A stretch of DNA of 64,000 nt from Pseudomonadota bacterium (GTDB taxonomy: Bacteria > Pseudomonadota > Gammaproteobacteria > Beggiatoales > Beggiatoaceae): contig JBEAVE010000006.1 of the NCBI GenBank assembly GCA_041161065.1, positions 58,912 through 122,911 of the forward strand. Direction: 5' to 3'. This document shows, piece by piece, positions 21,803-32,039 of this stretch (positions are counted from its first letter, which is position 1; each line of letters starts with the position of its first letter). The notes under the pieces were generated by a model that saw only the letters and a list, made by a program, of their open reading frames with translations, was not told where the DNA came from and ran no database searches. The position numbers and the translations under genes are program-made.

Positions 21803-24463
21803 ATGAAAATATCTTTTCTAAAGGGGGAGAAAACAGTGGAAACAAATACAGTGCAAACGCTTACAAAAGTCGGTTTTTTTCATTCATTACGCACCCGTTT
21901 GATGGGTATTTTATTATTGATTTCATCGATACCGTTAATTATTGCGGGAATTGTTGGTTATCACTATGTAAAAATTGAGTTAGAACATGAAATCTCCAGT
22001 AAGTTAGTGGCGGTTCGTGATATTAAAGCTGCTCAAATCAAAAAGTACTTTGAAGAGCGTGTAACAGATATTAAAGTTTTAATTAAAAATAGTCAAACAA
22101 AAGATGCCATACAAAATTTCACGCAAGCGGTTTTGGAAATGCCAGATTATCGCGCTTTGTATTTGAACAAACCCGAGATAGAAACAGCTAATGATGGTAG
22201 TCGATATACGAAAGTACATAGTTATTATCATCCTATACTCCGTGATTACACAACTAGTTATGGCTACAACGATTTAATGCTTATAGAACCAGAACAAGGT
22301 ACGATTATTTATAGTGTAATGAAGGAGGAAGATTTTGGTACTTCTTTGCGCACAGGAAATTATGCAGATAGTAATTTGGCAGTGGTATTTCGTGAAGTTA
22401 TTAATACGAGAGAAACTGTTGTAAAAGATTATGCGTATTACAAACCCTCAAAAGCTCCCGCTTCGTTTTTAGCTGCACCGATATTAGAAGGAAACAAATT
22501 ATTAGGCGTTTTAGTTATACAACTTTCAACAAAACAACTGGACGAAGTCATGCAAGAAAATACGGGAATGGGTGAAACAGGAGAAACCTATTTAATTGCA
22601 GAAGATCATTTGATGAGATCAGATTCTCGTTTTAGCAAAACATCAACTATTCTTAAACAAAAAGTGGAATCTGTTGCAGTTAGTGAATCATTACAAGGTA
22701 AGAAAGATATTAAAATAGTTAAGGATTATCGTAATAAATTGGTTTTATCCGCCTATCGTCCGCTCGATTTACCCAATTTGCATTGGGCTTTGTTATCCGA
22801 AATAGATGAAGAGGAAGCGTTTGGAAAAATCAATTATTTGCTTTATGGATTGCTTGGGTTGATGGCGATTTGTGGTATGGGAGTTTTAATAGTTGCAATT
22901 CCTCTCAGTAATTCTATTGCAAAACCTGTTCAAAATATTACAAATGTTGCATTACAACTTGCGAAAGGAGATTTAACTCAAGTTATCAATATTCAGCGTA
23001 AAGATGAGATTGGATTAATGGCGGAAGCATTGCGTCAAATGCTTAATACTTGGCGGGCAATGGTTTGGGATTTGTCACAGGTTTCACGTCTTATGTCGGA
23101 AGGCAATATGTCGGTGCGTATTCAAACCGATTTTACGGGTGAATTTGTGCAATTAAAACAGAGCATCAATGAAATGGGTGAACGATTACAAAGTGTCATT
23201 AGTGAAACGGCTAATATCATGACAACTTTAGCAAAAGGCGATACTAAAGCTCGAATTATTAATAATTTTCCGGGTGATTTTTCTGAAATTAAACGCGCCA
23301 CTAATCACATGGCGGAAAACTTCCAATTTATTATTCGAGAAAGTAATAGCAAATTTACTGATTTATCGGAAGGAAAGTTATCGTCAAGGATTTTAAGTGA
23401 TTTCCCGGGTGATTTCTCTGAAATTAAAGTTGCTTGTAATCAAATGGCGGAGAAACTTCAAAATTTATTGATAGAAACAAGCCTAAAAATGACGGATTTA
23501 GCCAATGGTGATCTGCGGGTAAATATTCATAATGATTTTCCCGGTGATTTAGCTGAAATTAAGAATGCTTTAAATCGCACGGTTGAAAAGTTAGAAAACA
23601 TTATTCGAGAGGTTTCAAATACTGCTGAGCAAATTGCAGGTGCAGCAGAGGAACTTAGTGCAACCGCGCAAGGATTATCGATTGGAAATAATAATCAAGC
23701 CTCTGGTTTGGAAGAAACCGCGTCCGCAATTGAACAAATGAGTGCAACGGTCGCGCAAAACGCCCAAAATGCCGCGCATACCAATCAAAGTGCTTTACAA
23801 GTTGCTCAAATGGCAGAGGAAGGTGGAAAAGCGGTTTTAGATACGGTTTCTGCCATGAATCAAATCACCAAACGTATTTCAATTATTGAAGATATTGCTT
23901 ATCAAACAAATCTGTTGGCTTTGAACGCCGCCATTGAAGCCGCGAGAGCAGGTGAGCACGGGCATGGTTTCAGCGTGGTTGCAATGGAGGTGCGCCGCTT
24001 GGCAGAACGCAGCAGAACAGCGGCAGAAGAAATCAGTACGCTCGCCGACAGCAGTACAAAAATCGCCGAATATGCAGGGGAGTTGCTCAAAAAAATTGTT
24101 CCTTCTGTGAAGAAAACTGCCGAATTAGTGCAAGAAATTTCTCTCGCCAGCACAGAGCAAAATAATAACATTTCTCAAATCAACCAAGCCGTTCAACAAT
24201 TAGATCAAATTACCCAACAAAATGCGTCTGCTTCAGAGGAACTCGCCGCCGCCAGCGAACAACTTTCTTCTCAAGGGGCGCAATTACAAAAAATAATGGG
24301 GTATTTCAAATTGCTAGAAACCCCCGATGACATAGAAAATAATCCTAAAAATGAGTCCGTTCTTCCCAAACATCAGCCCGTAACAACACGTGTGACGCAC
24401 ATTAAAATCGCTAAAAAATCAAATCCTTCGCAGCGCAGTGAAGATGATTTTAAACGTTTCTAA
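21803..24463 (+). CDS. methyl-accepting chemotaxis protein with periplasmic Cache-type domain and poly-HAMP array
   Basis: Two TM segments flank a ~300-aa periplasmic domain. One HAMP domain plus 4 HAMP-like repeats follow. The conserved signalling hairpin reads [39 protein letters not shown]. An alternative start is the GTG at 21836, behind AAGGGGGAGA. Confidence 0.85.
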   Translation: MKISFLKGEKTVETNTVQTLTKVGFFHSLRTRLMGILLLISSIPLIIAGIVGYHYVKIELEHEISSKLVAVRDIKAAQIKKYFEERVTDIKVLIKNSQTKDAIQNFTQAVLEMPDYRALYLNKPEIETANDGSRYTKVHSYYHPILRDYTTSYGYNDLMLIEPEQGTIIYSVMKEEDFGTSLRTGNYADSNLAVVFREVINTRETVVKDYAYYKPSKAPASFLAAPILEGNKLLGVLVIQLSTKQLDEVMQENTGMGETGETYLIAEDHLMRSDSRFSKTSTILKQKVESVAVSESLQGKKDIKIVKDYRNKLVLSAYRPLDLPNLHWALLSEIDEEEAFGKINYLLYGLLGLMAICGMGVLIVAIPLSNSIAKPVQNITNVALQLAKGDLTQVINIQRKDEIGLMAEALRQMLNTWRAMVWDLSQVSRLMSEGNMSVRIQTDFTGEFVQLKQSINEMGERLQSVISETANIMTTLAKGDTKARIINNFPGDFSEIKRATNHMAENFQFIIRESNSKFTDLSEGKLSSRILSDFPGDFSEIKVACNQMAEKLQNLLIETSLKMTDLANGDLRVNIHNDFPGDLAEIKNALNRTVEKLENIIREVSNTAEQIAGAAEELSATAQGLSIGNNNQASGLEETASAIEQMSATVAQNAQNAAHTNQSALQVAQMAEEGGKAVLDTVSAMNQITKRISIIEDIAYQTNLLALNAAIEAARAGEHGHGFSVVAMEVRRLAERSRTAAEEISTLADSSTKIAEYAGELLKKIVPSVKKTAELVQEISLASTEQNNNISQINQAVQQLDQITQQNASASEELAAASEQLSSQGAQLQKIMGYFKLLETPDDIENNPKNESVLPKHQPVTTRVTHIKIAKKSNPSQRSEDDFKRF
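23132..23671 (+). repeat. four tandem 135-nt (45-aa) coding repeats (HAMP-like units)
   Basis: Units start in frame at 23132, 23267, 23402 and 23537, each with F-[TP]-G-[ED]-[FL]-x-[EQ]-[IL]-K ([36 protein letters not shown]). Confidence 0.8.
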
Positions 24464-26769
24464 TTCAACCATTTCTTCAACATATTGTTTAAGGAAGTGG
24501 GCGTGACAGGCTTTGCTAAAAAATCATTGATACCCACTATTTTCAATTTGTTTTGTTCTTTAGCAAAATCCAAAGATGAAACCGCAATAATAGGTAATTT
24601 TTCTAAACTCAGTTCCTTTCGTAAATGTTTAGCCGTTGTGTAACCGTCCATGATGGGCATAATAATATCCATGAGAATTAAATCATACTCGTTTTTCTCA
24701 ACCATGATTAAGGCTTTTCTACCATTATTTGCAGTATCAACTTTGAAACCAATTTTCTCTAACATAATTTGCATGAATTTTTGAGTGGTCAAATCATCTT
24801 CAACCACCAGAATATGTTTAGGCTGTTGAAACGCTATTTTATGTTGAATTTTTAGGGTTTCAATCTTCTTTTCAGGAATCGCAATGGGTAAAGAAAGTTG
24901 TATCCAAAAAGTGCTCCCTTGATTTAATTCTGAAATAACGCCAATTTTACCTTTCATCAAAGAAACAATTTTATGACAAATAAATAAACCAATGCCTGCT
25001 CCATTATAGCTTCGACTGGTTATATTTTCTATCTGATTAAAATACTTAAATAAGAGCAGTTGTTTCTCTTTAGAAATCCCCATTCCGGTATCTATTACAT
25101 TAATTTGAAAGGTAACTATTTCTTTGTTATCTTCAAGAATATCGGTACGAACAATGATTTCTCCCTGCTCGGTAAATTTAATGGCGTTAAGCAATAAGTT
25201 AAGAATAATTTGTCGTAATCTTTGCACGTCGCCCACTAAATATTGTGGCAATAATGGTGCTGTATGTAGTTGTATTTTCAAGCCTTTTTGTTGAGCTTTG
25301 GTATGCACTAAATTAACGCTATCACGCAATGTTTGGCGAATATCAAAAGGTTGATGTTCTAATATAATACTGCCCGCATCTAATTGCGCAACATCTAATA
25401 ATTCTTCAATTAAAACAAGCAAGGTATTTCCACAATCATAAATGATTTTAACTTGCTGCCGAAGTTCTTCATCAGTTTCTACTTTTGAAATCACTTCTGA
25501 CATTCCCAAAATACCGTTGAGGGGCGTGCGAAATTCATGGCTTAAATTAGCGATAAACGTGCTTTTAATTCGATTGGCTTCCTCTGCATCTTGTCTTGCT
25601 AAAATTAATGCCGCATTAGCTTGTTCTAAGTCTGCTGTACGTTCTCTAATTTTTCTTTCTAATGTTTCATTGGTATTTTCAACTTCATTTAACATTTTAC
25701 GCAAATTTTTTACCATATAATTAAATGAAATGTACAAATACCCAATTTCATCTTTTGATGGAGGAGTAATATCTAAAGATAAATTTCCTGTTTTTAATTG
25801 GCGAGCAATGAGAGATAATTTATAAATAGGATTAACGATTAAATAGTGCAACAACAAATACAATAAAATGAAAGTTAAAATAGCACTTACAATAGCAGTT
25901 ATAATCAGTGTTCGTTGCAAAAATACCCCTGTTTCTAATACTTCATATTCGGGCAAATAAGCAATCACATACAGGTTTTCATTGAGTTTCAAACCTTCAA
26001 TATAGAAAGGATCACTGTGAGAAATTCTAATCGCTTTTTCTGGAAGATTTATTGCCTGTTTAATGGCGGATATTGTCGGGAGTTTTTGATTGACAGGTTG
26101 AAAGACAATGTGCCCTTGTTTATTGGTTAAAAACAAATAGCCTGTTTTACCCAAAATTTTATTTTTTACCATATTAAATAAAAAGTTAGGTTGAATAACA
26201 ATATTCAAATAACCGCGTAAAGATTGATTGTCATTTTTGTTTTGAGCCTTATAATCATCTAACAAATGCAATTTATAGGATAACAAAAAGAAACTTTCTT
26301 CCTCTGAAATAAATAACTCCGTTAAAATACTTTGACTGTTTTTAATTGCTCCAAAATAGGACGGGGTTTGTTTATTTATAAAATAGACTTCTTTATCCTT
26401 TGTCAAATGGCTATCTTCTGAACCATCAGGTAATAGCAAATTGATTTCTTTGTAATCGGTATTGTTACGTTGATAACTAGAGAATAAACTCAAAATACTG
26501 CTCTGCAATAAAGCATAACGCAAAGGAGGTTCTGTTAATAAGTAATCACGCAACATTTCATTTGACGCTAGAATACGCAATTGATCGTGTGTTGAATGCA
26601 AATAAGAACGCATATTTTGTTGCGTTTGCTCTAAAGTATTATGCACCCTTCCTAAAACTTCTTGGCGAAATGTTGTTATCAAATGCTGATAAACAACATT
26701 ACCAAAAATAAGTAGTGGTAATATCGATAACGGCATTAAAATTAAAATCAGTTTTGTTTTAAGTTTCAT
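24460..26769 (-). CDS. hybrid sensor histidine kinase/response regulator
   Basis: TM - ~250-aa periplasmic region - TM - HAMP. H-box [13 protein letters not shown]. HATPase motif GAGIGL. C-terminal REC domain ([20 protein letters not shown]). Confidence 0.85.
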   Translation of the reverse strand: MKLKTKLILILMPLSILPLLIFGNVVYQHLITTFRQEVLGRVHNTLEQTQQNMRSYLHSTHDQLRILASNEMLRDYLLTEPPLRYALLQSSILSLFSSYQRNNTDYKEINLLLPDGSEDSHLTKDKEVYFINKQTPSYFGAIKNSQSILTELFISEEESFFLLSYKLHLLDDYKAQNKNDNQSLRGYLNIVIQPNFLFNMVKNKILGKTGYLFLTNKQGHIVFQPVNQKLPTISAIKQAINLPEKAIRISHSDPFYIEGLKLNENLYVIAYLPEYEVLETGVFLQRTLIITAIVSAILTFILLYLLLHYLIVNPIYKLSLIARQLKTGNLSLDITPPSKDEIGYLYISFNYMVKNLRKMLNEVENTNETLERKIRERTADLEQANAALILARQDAEEANRIKSTFIANLSHEFRTPLNGILGMSEVISKVETDEELRQQVKIIYDCGNTLLVLIEELLDVAQLDAGSIILEHQPFDIRQTLRDSVNLVHTKAQQKGLKIQLHTAPLLPQYLVGDVQRLRQIILNLLLNAIKFTEQGEIIVRTDILEDNKEIVTFQINVIDTGMGISKEKQLLLFKYFNQIENITSRSYNGAGIGLFICHKIVSLMKGKIGVISELNQGSTFWIQLSLPIAIPEKKIETLKIQHKIAFQQPKHILVVEDDLTTQKFMQIMLEKIGFKVDTANNGRKALIMVEKNEYDLILMDIIMPIMDGYTTAKHLRKELSLEKLPIIAVSSLDFAKEQNKLKIVGINDFLAKPVTPTSLNNMLKKWLN

Positions 26770-26775
26770 ATAGGA

Positions 26776-27816
26776 TTATTGTTGAAGCAATTTAATGAGA
26801 ATGTGATTATAACTTTTTAGAGCATGAATATCATCAATAGAATGCAAATGTTCACAATTTTTAGTCATTTTTTCATTAGGATAAATAACGGAGTTTTCAA
26901 GATATGTTTTAGGTAGCAATTGTAATGCCGTTTGATTAGTTGTTGCATAGTTTAAATTAAGCGAATTTAGAGCCGCATTTTTAGGCTGAATCAAATAATC
27001 TAGAAACTTATAAGCCAGTGCTTTATTTTGGGAAGAAGGTAGCACCACCCAGTAATCCATCCACATTAAACAACCTTCGCGAGGAAAAACGTATTCAACA
27101 TTGGCATTTTCTCTATGCAAACTTACCGCATCGCCATTATAATTTATTCCCATTATTTCTCTCCCTGTTAATAAACCACTCGTTGGCGTAGAAAACCAAA
27201 TAGCATAACGTTTAACAAAAGGTTTTTGTTTGAGAAGTATTTGTTGTGCTTGATAAAGTGCATCTTCATTTGTTTCATTTGCAGAATAACCTAATGATTT
27301 CAATGCAATTGCCGTCAAATCAAACCCTTCTTTAATCGACGATATTTTATTCTTTAATTCATTGGAAGGCTCGAGTATTTGTTTCCAAGAAACAATGGGT
27401 TTGTTCACCAAATCTTTGCGATATGCAATCCCCAGTGTTCCCCAATGATAAGGAATACTAAATAACTGATTTGAAATATACTTAATATAGCGTTTTTCTA
27501 TATGCTTTAGATTAGGTAATAATGAAATATCCAAAGGCATTGCCCACCCCATTTTTATATAATCTAACAAATAATGTTCAGAAACATTTGTAATATCAAA
27601 TCCTTTGCCTCTATTTGCAAATAAGTGTTTATTACGTTCGGAGGAAGAATCAAAATAAAGTTGCTTAATTGTAACCTGATTTTCTTTTTCAAATTGCTCG
27701 ATAACTTCTTTAGATAAATAATCGGGCCAGTTCAAAATAATCAACTCATTATCCGCTGCCCAGCAATAAGGTTGGTAAAACCATAATCCCACCCACAAAA
27801 AATAAAGTTTTTTCAT
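26776..27816 (-). CDS. periplasmic substrate-binding protein, PotD/PotF (polyamine-binding) family, no cognate ABC genes adjacent
   Basis: Signal peptide. ELIILNWPDYLSKEVIEQFEKENQVTI...GFDITNVS...LDISLLPN matches the N-terminal signature of the PotD/PotF family. Confidence 0.75.
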   Translation of the reverse strand: MKKLYFLWVGLWFYQPYCWAADNELIILNWPDYLSKEVIEQFEKENQVTIKQLYFDSSSERNKHLFANRGKGFDITNVSEHYLLDYIKMGWAMPLDISLLPNLKHIEKRYIKYISNQLFSIPYHWGTLGIAYRKDLVNKPIVSWKQILEPSNELKNKISSIKEGFDLTAIALKSLGYSANETNEDALYQAQQILLKQKPFVKRYAIWFSTPTSGLLTGREIMGINYNGDAVSLHRENANVEYVFPREGCLMWMDYWVVLPSSQNKALAYKFLDYLIQPKNAALNSLNLNYATTNQTALQLLPKTYLENSVIYPNEKMTKNCEHLHSIDDIHALKSYNHILIKLLQQ

Positions 27817-30035
27817 TTCATATTACCCGTATTATTTTGTTGATTGAGCATTTGTTCTGCTCTCGTTTTTAGGATACGAAAATAACGTTCTATTTTAAGA
27901 TAAATGATTTCCCATAAAGGCTGAGGTGTGCTTTTAATTACAACCCGCCCGGTTTCTCCTGCTTTGAAATGATTACTTTGAAGATTATTTAGTACAATTA
28001 AACCATTAAAACGGGGTTCAAGATATTCATATTGTGCACCTGTTTCTATTTGATTTTTCTCAGTTGAAGATTTAGGGTGAATTGCGATTTCTCCACCCGC
28101 CAATGCCGTTAAAGAAGGGTGCATAATTTCTTTACTGGCAGCGGGATTTACTTTCTTTAATAATGCTTCAATTTTTTGAAAAGGCTGTCCATTAGAATAG
28201 AAATACGCCGTTTTGTTTTCATGGGCGCGGAAATAATCAATGTCTTGTTGATCAATAGAAAAACGAATTTCCATGCGTTGAATATCGCCGATGCTCAAAA
28301 TTTCTTTACCGCGTGGTAAAAATGCACCTTCCAACATTTTCAAATCTTCTGCAATTACATAACCACTAATAGGTGCTCGAATAGTTAAATGCTCTACTTC
28401 TTGAGAAATTTTGCGGTATTTGTTTTCAGTATCTTGACGTTTTTCTTGTTCAACTTGCGCTGCTGTTAATAAGTTTTCTTTCATTAAATATTGTTGGTAT
28501 TTTTGTTGGTGAATTTTAAGTTGTAATTCAAGTTGTTTTAACTCTGTTGTTAATTCTTGGTTTTCTAGTTCTAATAAAAGATCACCCGATTTTACAAAAT
28601 CACCGTTTTTAATAGCAATACTTTTTACAAATCCCGCTGTTTGAGCATGAACAACCCCATTATCCGCATATTCTAATACCGCTGGTGCACTCCAATGTGG
28701 TGACCATTGTATTTGTGTTAAAATAAAGAAAAGCATCAAAGTTGTTCCACTTAAAACTAAAAATAAATGTCGCACAATTGCACCTGATCGGGGTTGTTTA
28801 GGCAAAGTTTTTACGAATCGAATCAAAGGCATACCTAACCAAGAAAATAAACCAATTACAGCCATAATTACGCCTGCACCGTGCATCATCAAATGGGCAG
28901 TTACTAAAATACCTACCATAATTAAAATACGCCACCCAAAAGACGCAATTCCATAAATTTTTATAATCCATTTTTGATGAGTATTCCAAGCGGGCAGGGG
29001 TTCAAATTGTCCTTGCAAATAACGCTTGTTCAAATACTGCATATATTTCTGTCCAGCAACATATAAATTAGGAATATTCAACGCATCAGATAACACATAA
29101 TAACCATCAAAACGCATGAGAGGATTTGCATTAAAAAGCAACGTGCCTAAACCTGCAGTTACAATAACGTTATAAGCAAAGAAATTCAACGCGCCTTGCT
29201 CCGTGTAAGCCCACACCCATACAAATACCCCTGCAATTAACAAATCGACAAACATTCCTGCTAAAGAAACATGAATGCGTTGCCATTTGTCGGAGAAACG
29301 CCACACAGAACTTGCATTTACATAACCGCCAATGGGAGCAAGTAGAACTAAAAATAAACCCGCTTCGTGAATATGTCCGCCGTATTTCTTGCAAACCAAT
29401 CCGTGAAATACTTCATGAATGAATTTTGTAATCGCCCAAATTACTATTAAATAAAAAGCATTATTGATAGAAAGTAATCCCATTGATGCAAGGATTAAAC
29501 GATCGGATTCTGCCGCTAATAAATATAAGCTAGAAATCACAATAGGCAACCACGCAATCCAAAAGAATTTCCAACCCAACATCCAGCGCGTTTTCTTTAA
29601 TAAGTTGCTCAACCATTCATCGGGGCTGACTAAGTTAATTTTTACAAATAACGGATTCCACCATTGTGTTTTCTGCTGGGGGTTTTCTGGGAGATTAAAT
29701 AATTGCCATGTTTTTCTTTCAGGCGGTTGAAAATAAGCTAATTGAGAATGCATTAACCAATAAGCCAATGTTTTCAATTCTTGTTCGGTTAATAAAGGGG
29801 CTTGTTCTGGGTAAGCATGATTTAAGCGTTCTAATGCTTCGGGTAATTGAATTGTACCATCTAATTGTTGGATTAATTCGTGTTCTAACCAACCGATTCT
29901 GAAATACTGTTCATTCACTGGGTCTTCTATTAAAAACGCGGGTTCATCGCCTTCATTTTGAAAAGAAAAAAACAAATCTTTCCTCAATTTCAAAGGGGGC
30001 GGTTCTTCTGTTGGCAAGGCATTGGTGGTTTCCAT
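27813..30035 (-). CDS. fusion protein: cytoplasmic N-domain + M50 (site-2 protease type) metalloprotease + HlyD-type periplasmic adaptor
   Basis: HEVFHG (HExxH, aa 207-211) and NANPLMRFDGYY (NxxPxxxxDG) lie within a polytopic region. The C-terminal half has the barrel-sandwich/coiled-coil signature GFVKSIAIKNGDFVKSGDLLLELENQELTTELKQLELQL. An ATGA overlap links it to the downstream SBP gene. Confidence 0.65.
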   Translation of the reverse strand: METTNALPTEEPPPLKLRKDLFFSFQNEGDEPAFLIEDPVNEQYFRIGWLEHELIQQLDGTIQLPEALERLNHAYPEQAPLLTEQELKTLAYWLMHSQLAYFQPPERKTWQLFNLPENPQQKTQWWNPLFVKINLVSPDEWLSNLLKKTRWMLGWKFFWIAWLPIVISSLYLLAAESDRLILASMGLLSINNAFYLIVIWAITKFIHEVFHGLVCKKYGGHIHEAGLFLVLLAPIGGYVNASSVWRFSDKWQRIHVSLAGMFVDLLIAGVFVWVWAYTEQGALNFFAYNVIVTAGLGTLLFNANPLMRFDGYYVLSDALNIPNLYVAGQKYMQYLNKRYLQGQFEPLPAWNTHQKWIIKIYGIASFGWRILIMVGILVTAHLMMHGAGVIMAVIGLFSWLGMPLIRFVKTLPKQPRSGAIVRHLFLVLSGTTLMLFFILTQIQWSPHWSAPAVLEYADNGVVHAQTAGFVKSIAIKNGDFVKSGDLLLELENQELTTELKQLELQLKIHQQKYQQYLMKENLLTAAQVEQEKRQDTENKYRKISQEVEHLTIRAPISGYVIAEDLKMLEGAFLPRGKEILSIGDIQRMEIRFSIDQQDIDYFRAHENKTAYFYSNGQPFQKIEALLKKVNPAASKEIMHPSLTALAGGEIAIHPKSSTEKNQIETGAQYEYLEPRFNGLIVLNNLQSNHFKAGETGRVVIKSTPQPLWEIIYLKIERYFRILKTRAEQMLNQQNNTGNMK

Positions 30036-30107
30036 AGGAGTTATTATAAGCGCATTTGTCGAAATTCGGCTAAAATAGGGCGTATTTTACAGAAAAAGGC
30101 ACAAATC

Positions 30108-30383
30108 ATGGCGGAGATTCGCATCGAACATCAGCCCTCGCCCGCAAAATTGGACGTGATGGGCGTTTTTGAGTGGGCAATTTGGCAAAAAGAAATTTCA
30201 ACCTTTTCATGGCATTACGAACGTGGAGAGACTTGCTATATTGTCGAGGGCGACTGTGTGATTACCCCAGAAAAGGGTGAGGCGGTGGTTTGCAAACGGG
30301 GGGATTTGGTGCATTTTCCGGCGGGCTTGAGCTGTCAATGGGAAATTCGCCAACCCATTAAAAAACACTATATTTTTGAGTAA
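30108..30383 (+). CDS. small cupin-fold protein (DUF861/EutQ-like)
   Basis: 91 aa with GETCYIVEGDCVITPEKGEAVVCKRGDLVHFPAG. The start is set at ATG 30108 because the longer ORF overlaps the opposite-strand gene. Confidence 0.65.
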   Translation: MAEIRIEHQPSPAKLDVMGVFEWAIWQKEISTFSWHYERGETCYIVEGDCVITPEKGEAVVCKRGDLVHFPAGLSCQWEIRQPIKKHYIFE

Positions 30384-30386
30384 GTT

Positions 30387-31475
30387 ATGATGGCTAATCG
30401 TGATTTAAAAGCGGTACGAACGGATATTGACGCGATTGATGCACAACTTCAATCGTTAATGACGCAACGCGCAAATTTAGCACAAGAAGTCGCTCGCGCA
30501 AAATATGCTGTTGAATCTAATCCAGTTTTTTTCCGTCCTGAACGCGAAATTGAAGTCTTACGCAATGTCGAATTACGCAATCAAGGTCCTTTATCTAATG
30601 AAACGTTGACGCGCTTATTTCGTGAAATCATGTCGGCGTGTTTAGCATTACAAAAACCTTTACAAATCGCGTATTTAGGACCCGAAGGAACGTACTCTCA
30701 AGCCGCTTTAATTAAACATTTCGGACACGCCGCGCAAGGATTGCCCACCCAAAGCATCGACGACGTGTTTCGTGAAGTGATCGCCGACCGCGCGCATTAC
30801 GGCATCGCCCCCGTCGAAAATTCCACCGAAGGCAGCATCAAATCCACACTGGATATGCTCTTAAACAGCCCTCTAAAAATCTGCGGCGAAGTCGAATTAC
30901 CCATTCATCATTGTTTGATGTCCGCACAACCTCTTGAATTTTCAGCAATTAAAAAAGTTTATTTGCACCCGCAATCCTTTGGACAATGTCGCCAATGGTT
31001 GGCAAAAAACCTCCCGCACGCCGATTGTTTGGCAATCGCCAGCAGCAATGCCGATGCCGCCCGTCGCGCCGCGAATGATGCCCAATCTGCCGCCGTTGCG
31101 GGTCAAAATGCCGCCGAACTCTATCATTTACAAATACTTGCCGCTCAAATCGAAGACGAACTCGATAACACCACCCGCTTTGTCATTTTGGGCAAACACG
31201 CGGTCGCGCCAACGGGTCGGGACAAAACCTCGTTGGTTTTATCGGCGGCAAATAAACCGGGTGCGTTGTATGACGTGCTCGCGCCTTTCAAAGATAACGC
31301 CTTGAATTTAACCCGAATTGAATCGCGTCCGTCGCGGCAAGGCACTTGGGAATATATGTTTTTCGTCGACGTTGAAGGGCACATTGACGAATCACCGCTG
31401 GCAGAAGCAAGCCAATTAATTCAATCACATAGCAAGTTTTTTAAACTTTTAGGTTCTTATCCTCGTGCAAATTAA
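30387..31475 (+). CDS. pheA: bifunctional chorismate mutase / prephenate dehydratase (P-protein)
   Basis: N-terminal CM helix pattern, a PDT domain (TRFVILG, TRIESRPS) and a C-terminal ACT region. Confidence 0.93.
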   Translation: MMANRDLKAVRTDIDAIDAQLQSLMTQRANLAQEVARAKYAVESNPVFFRPEREIEVLRNVELRNQGPLSNETLTRLFREIMSACLALQKPLQIAYLGPEGTYSQAALIKHFGHAAQGLPTQSIDDVFREVIADRAHYGIAPVENSTEGSIKSTLDMLLNSPLKICGEVELPIHHCLMSAQPLEFSAIKKVYLHPQSFGQCRQWLAKNLPHADCLAIASSNADAARRAANDAQSAAVAGQNAAELYHLQILAAQIEDELDNTTRFVILGKHAVAPTGRDKTSLVLSAANKPGALYDVLAPFKDNALNLTRIESRPSRQGTWEYMFFVDVEGHIDESPLAEASQLIQSHSKFFKLLGSYPRAN

Positions 31476-31986
31476 GTTTTTGGGAATGATCGCAATAAGT
31501 TGTTGTTTTATTGCACAAAAAGTATCAGCCGGTGTTGAAGGAGAATGGGTGCGGGTTTCGCATGGTGAAATTCCTGAACACGCTTTTTTACTTGAAAATC
31601 AAAGTGTTATCTGCCGCGCACCGCAAAGTAAAGGCGTTTATCCGGGTTATTTAATCCACGAAAGCCGCGCGTGTATTTTAAATGTCGCAGGACGCGCGGT
31701 GAAAGCCATTTTTTACGAAGTGTTATTGGGTGACAATTATCAATGGCAGCCATTTTCAAGAGGTTACGTTGAAACAATCCCGCCAAACGCCGTGTTAGGC
31801 GGCACAGAAGACCCTCATTACGATCGAGCGTTGTATATTTGTCGTGCAAAAATGCAGCAAAAAGAATGGGTTATTGGAAAATTAAGCAATCCCTTGCGCG
31901 GCTGTCAAATTAACCACAACAATCGCGAACATAGCAGCTTAGATTTTGAAATCCTCATCTCAACTAGCACCACACAAATGAAATAA
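31465..31986 (+). CDS. secreted DM9-repeat (DUF3421) protein
   Basis: Signal peptide. Two repeats of the pattern IP..A...........CRA......PG.L......C.......A....YEVL (GEIPEHAF..ICRAPQSKGVYPGYL..FYEVLL and IPPNAVLGG..LYICRAKMQQKEWVIGKL..DFEILI). An alternative ATG at 31486 removes the 11-nt overlap with pheA. Confidence 0.55.
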   Translation: MQIKFLGMIAISCCFIAQKVSAGVEGEWVRVSHGEIPEHAFLLENQSVICRAPQSKGVYPGYLIHESRACILNVAGRAVKAIFYEVLLGDNYQWQPFSRGYVETIPPNAVLGGTEDPHYDRALYICRAKMQQKEWVIGKLSNPLRGCQINHNNREHSSLDFEILISTSTTQMK

Positions 31987-32039
31987 AGTCTGAGCAAGTT
32001 GTTCTCAATTTTATTTCAAATGATGCGCTCATTTTCTTC

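Noticed and set aside
29958-30107. A 50-codon N-terminal extension of the cupin ORF.
   Set aside because: It overlaps the 5' end of the opposite-strand M50-HlyD gene. The conserved cupin sequence starts at MAEIRIEH (ATG 30108).
30934-31384. Alternative-frame and antisense ORFs within pheA (30934-31305 +, 30942-31127 -, 31145-31384 -).
   Set aside because: They are embedded in a well-conserved pheA reading frame, with Pro/Arg-rich composition and no independent signals.
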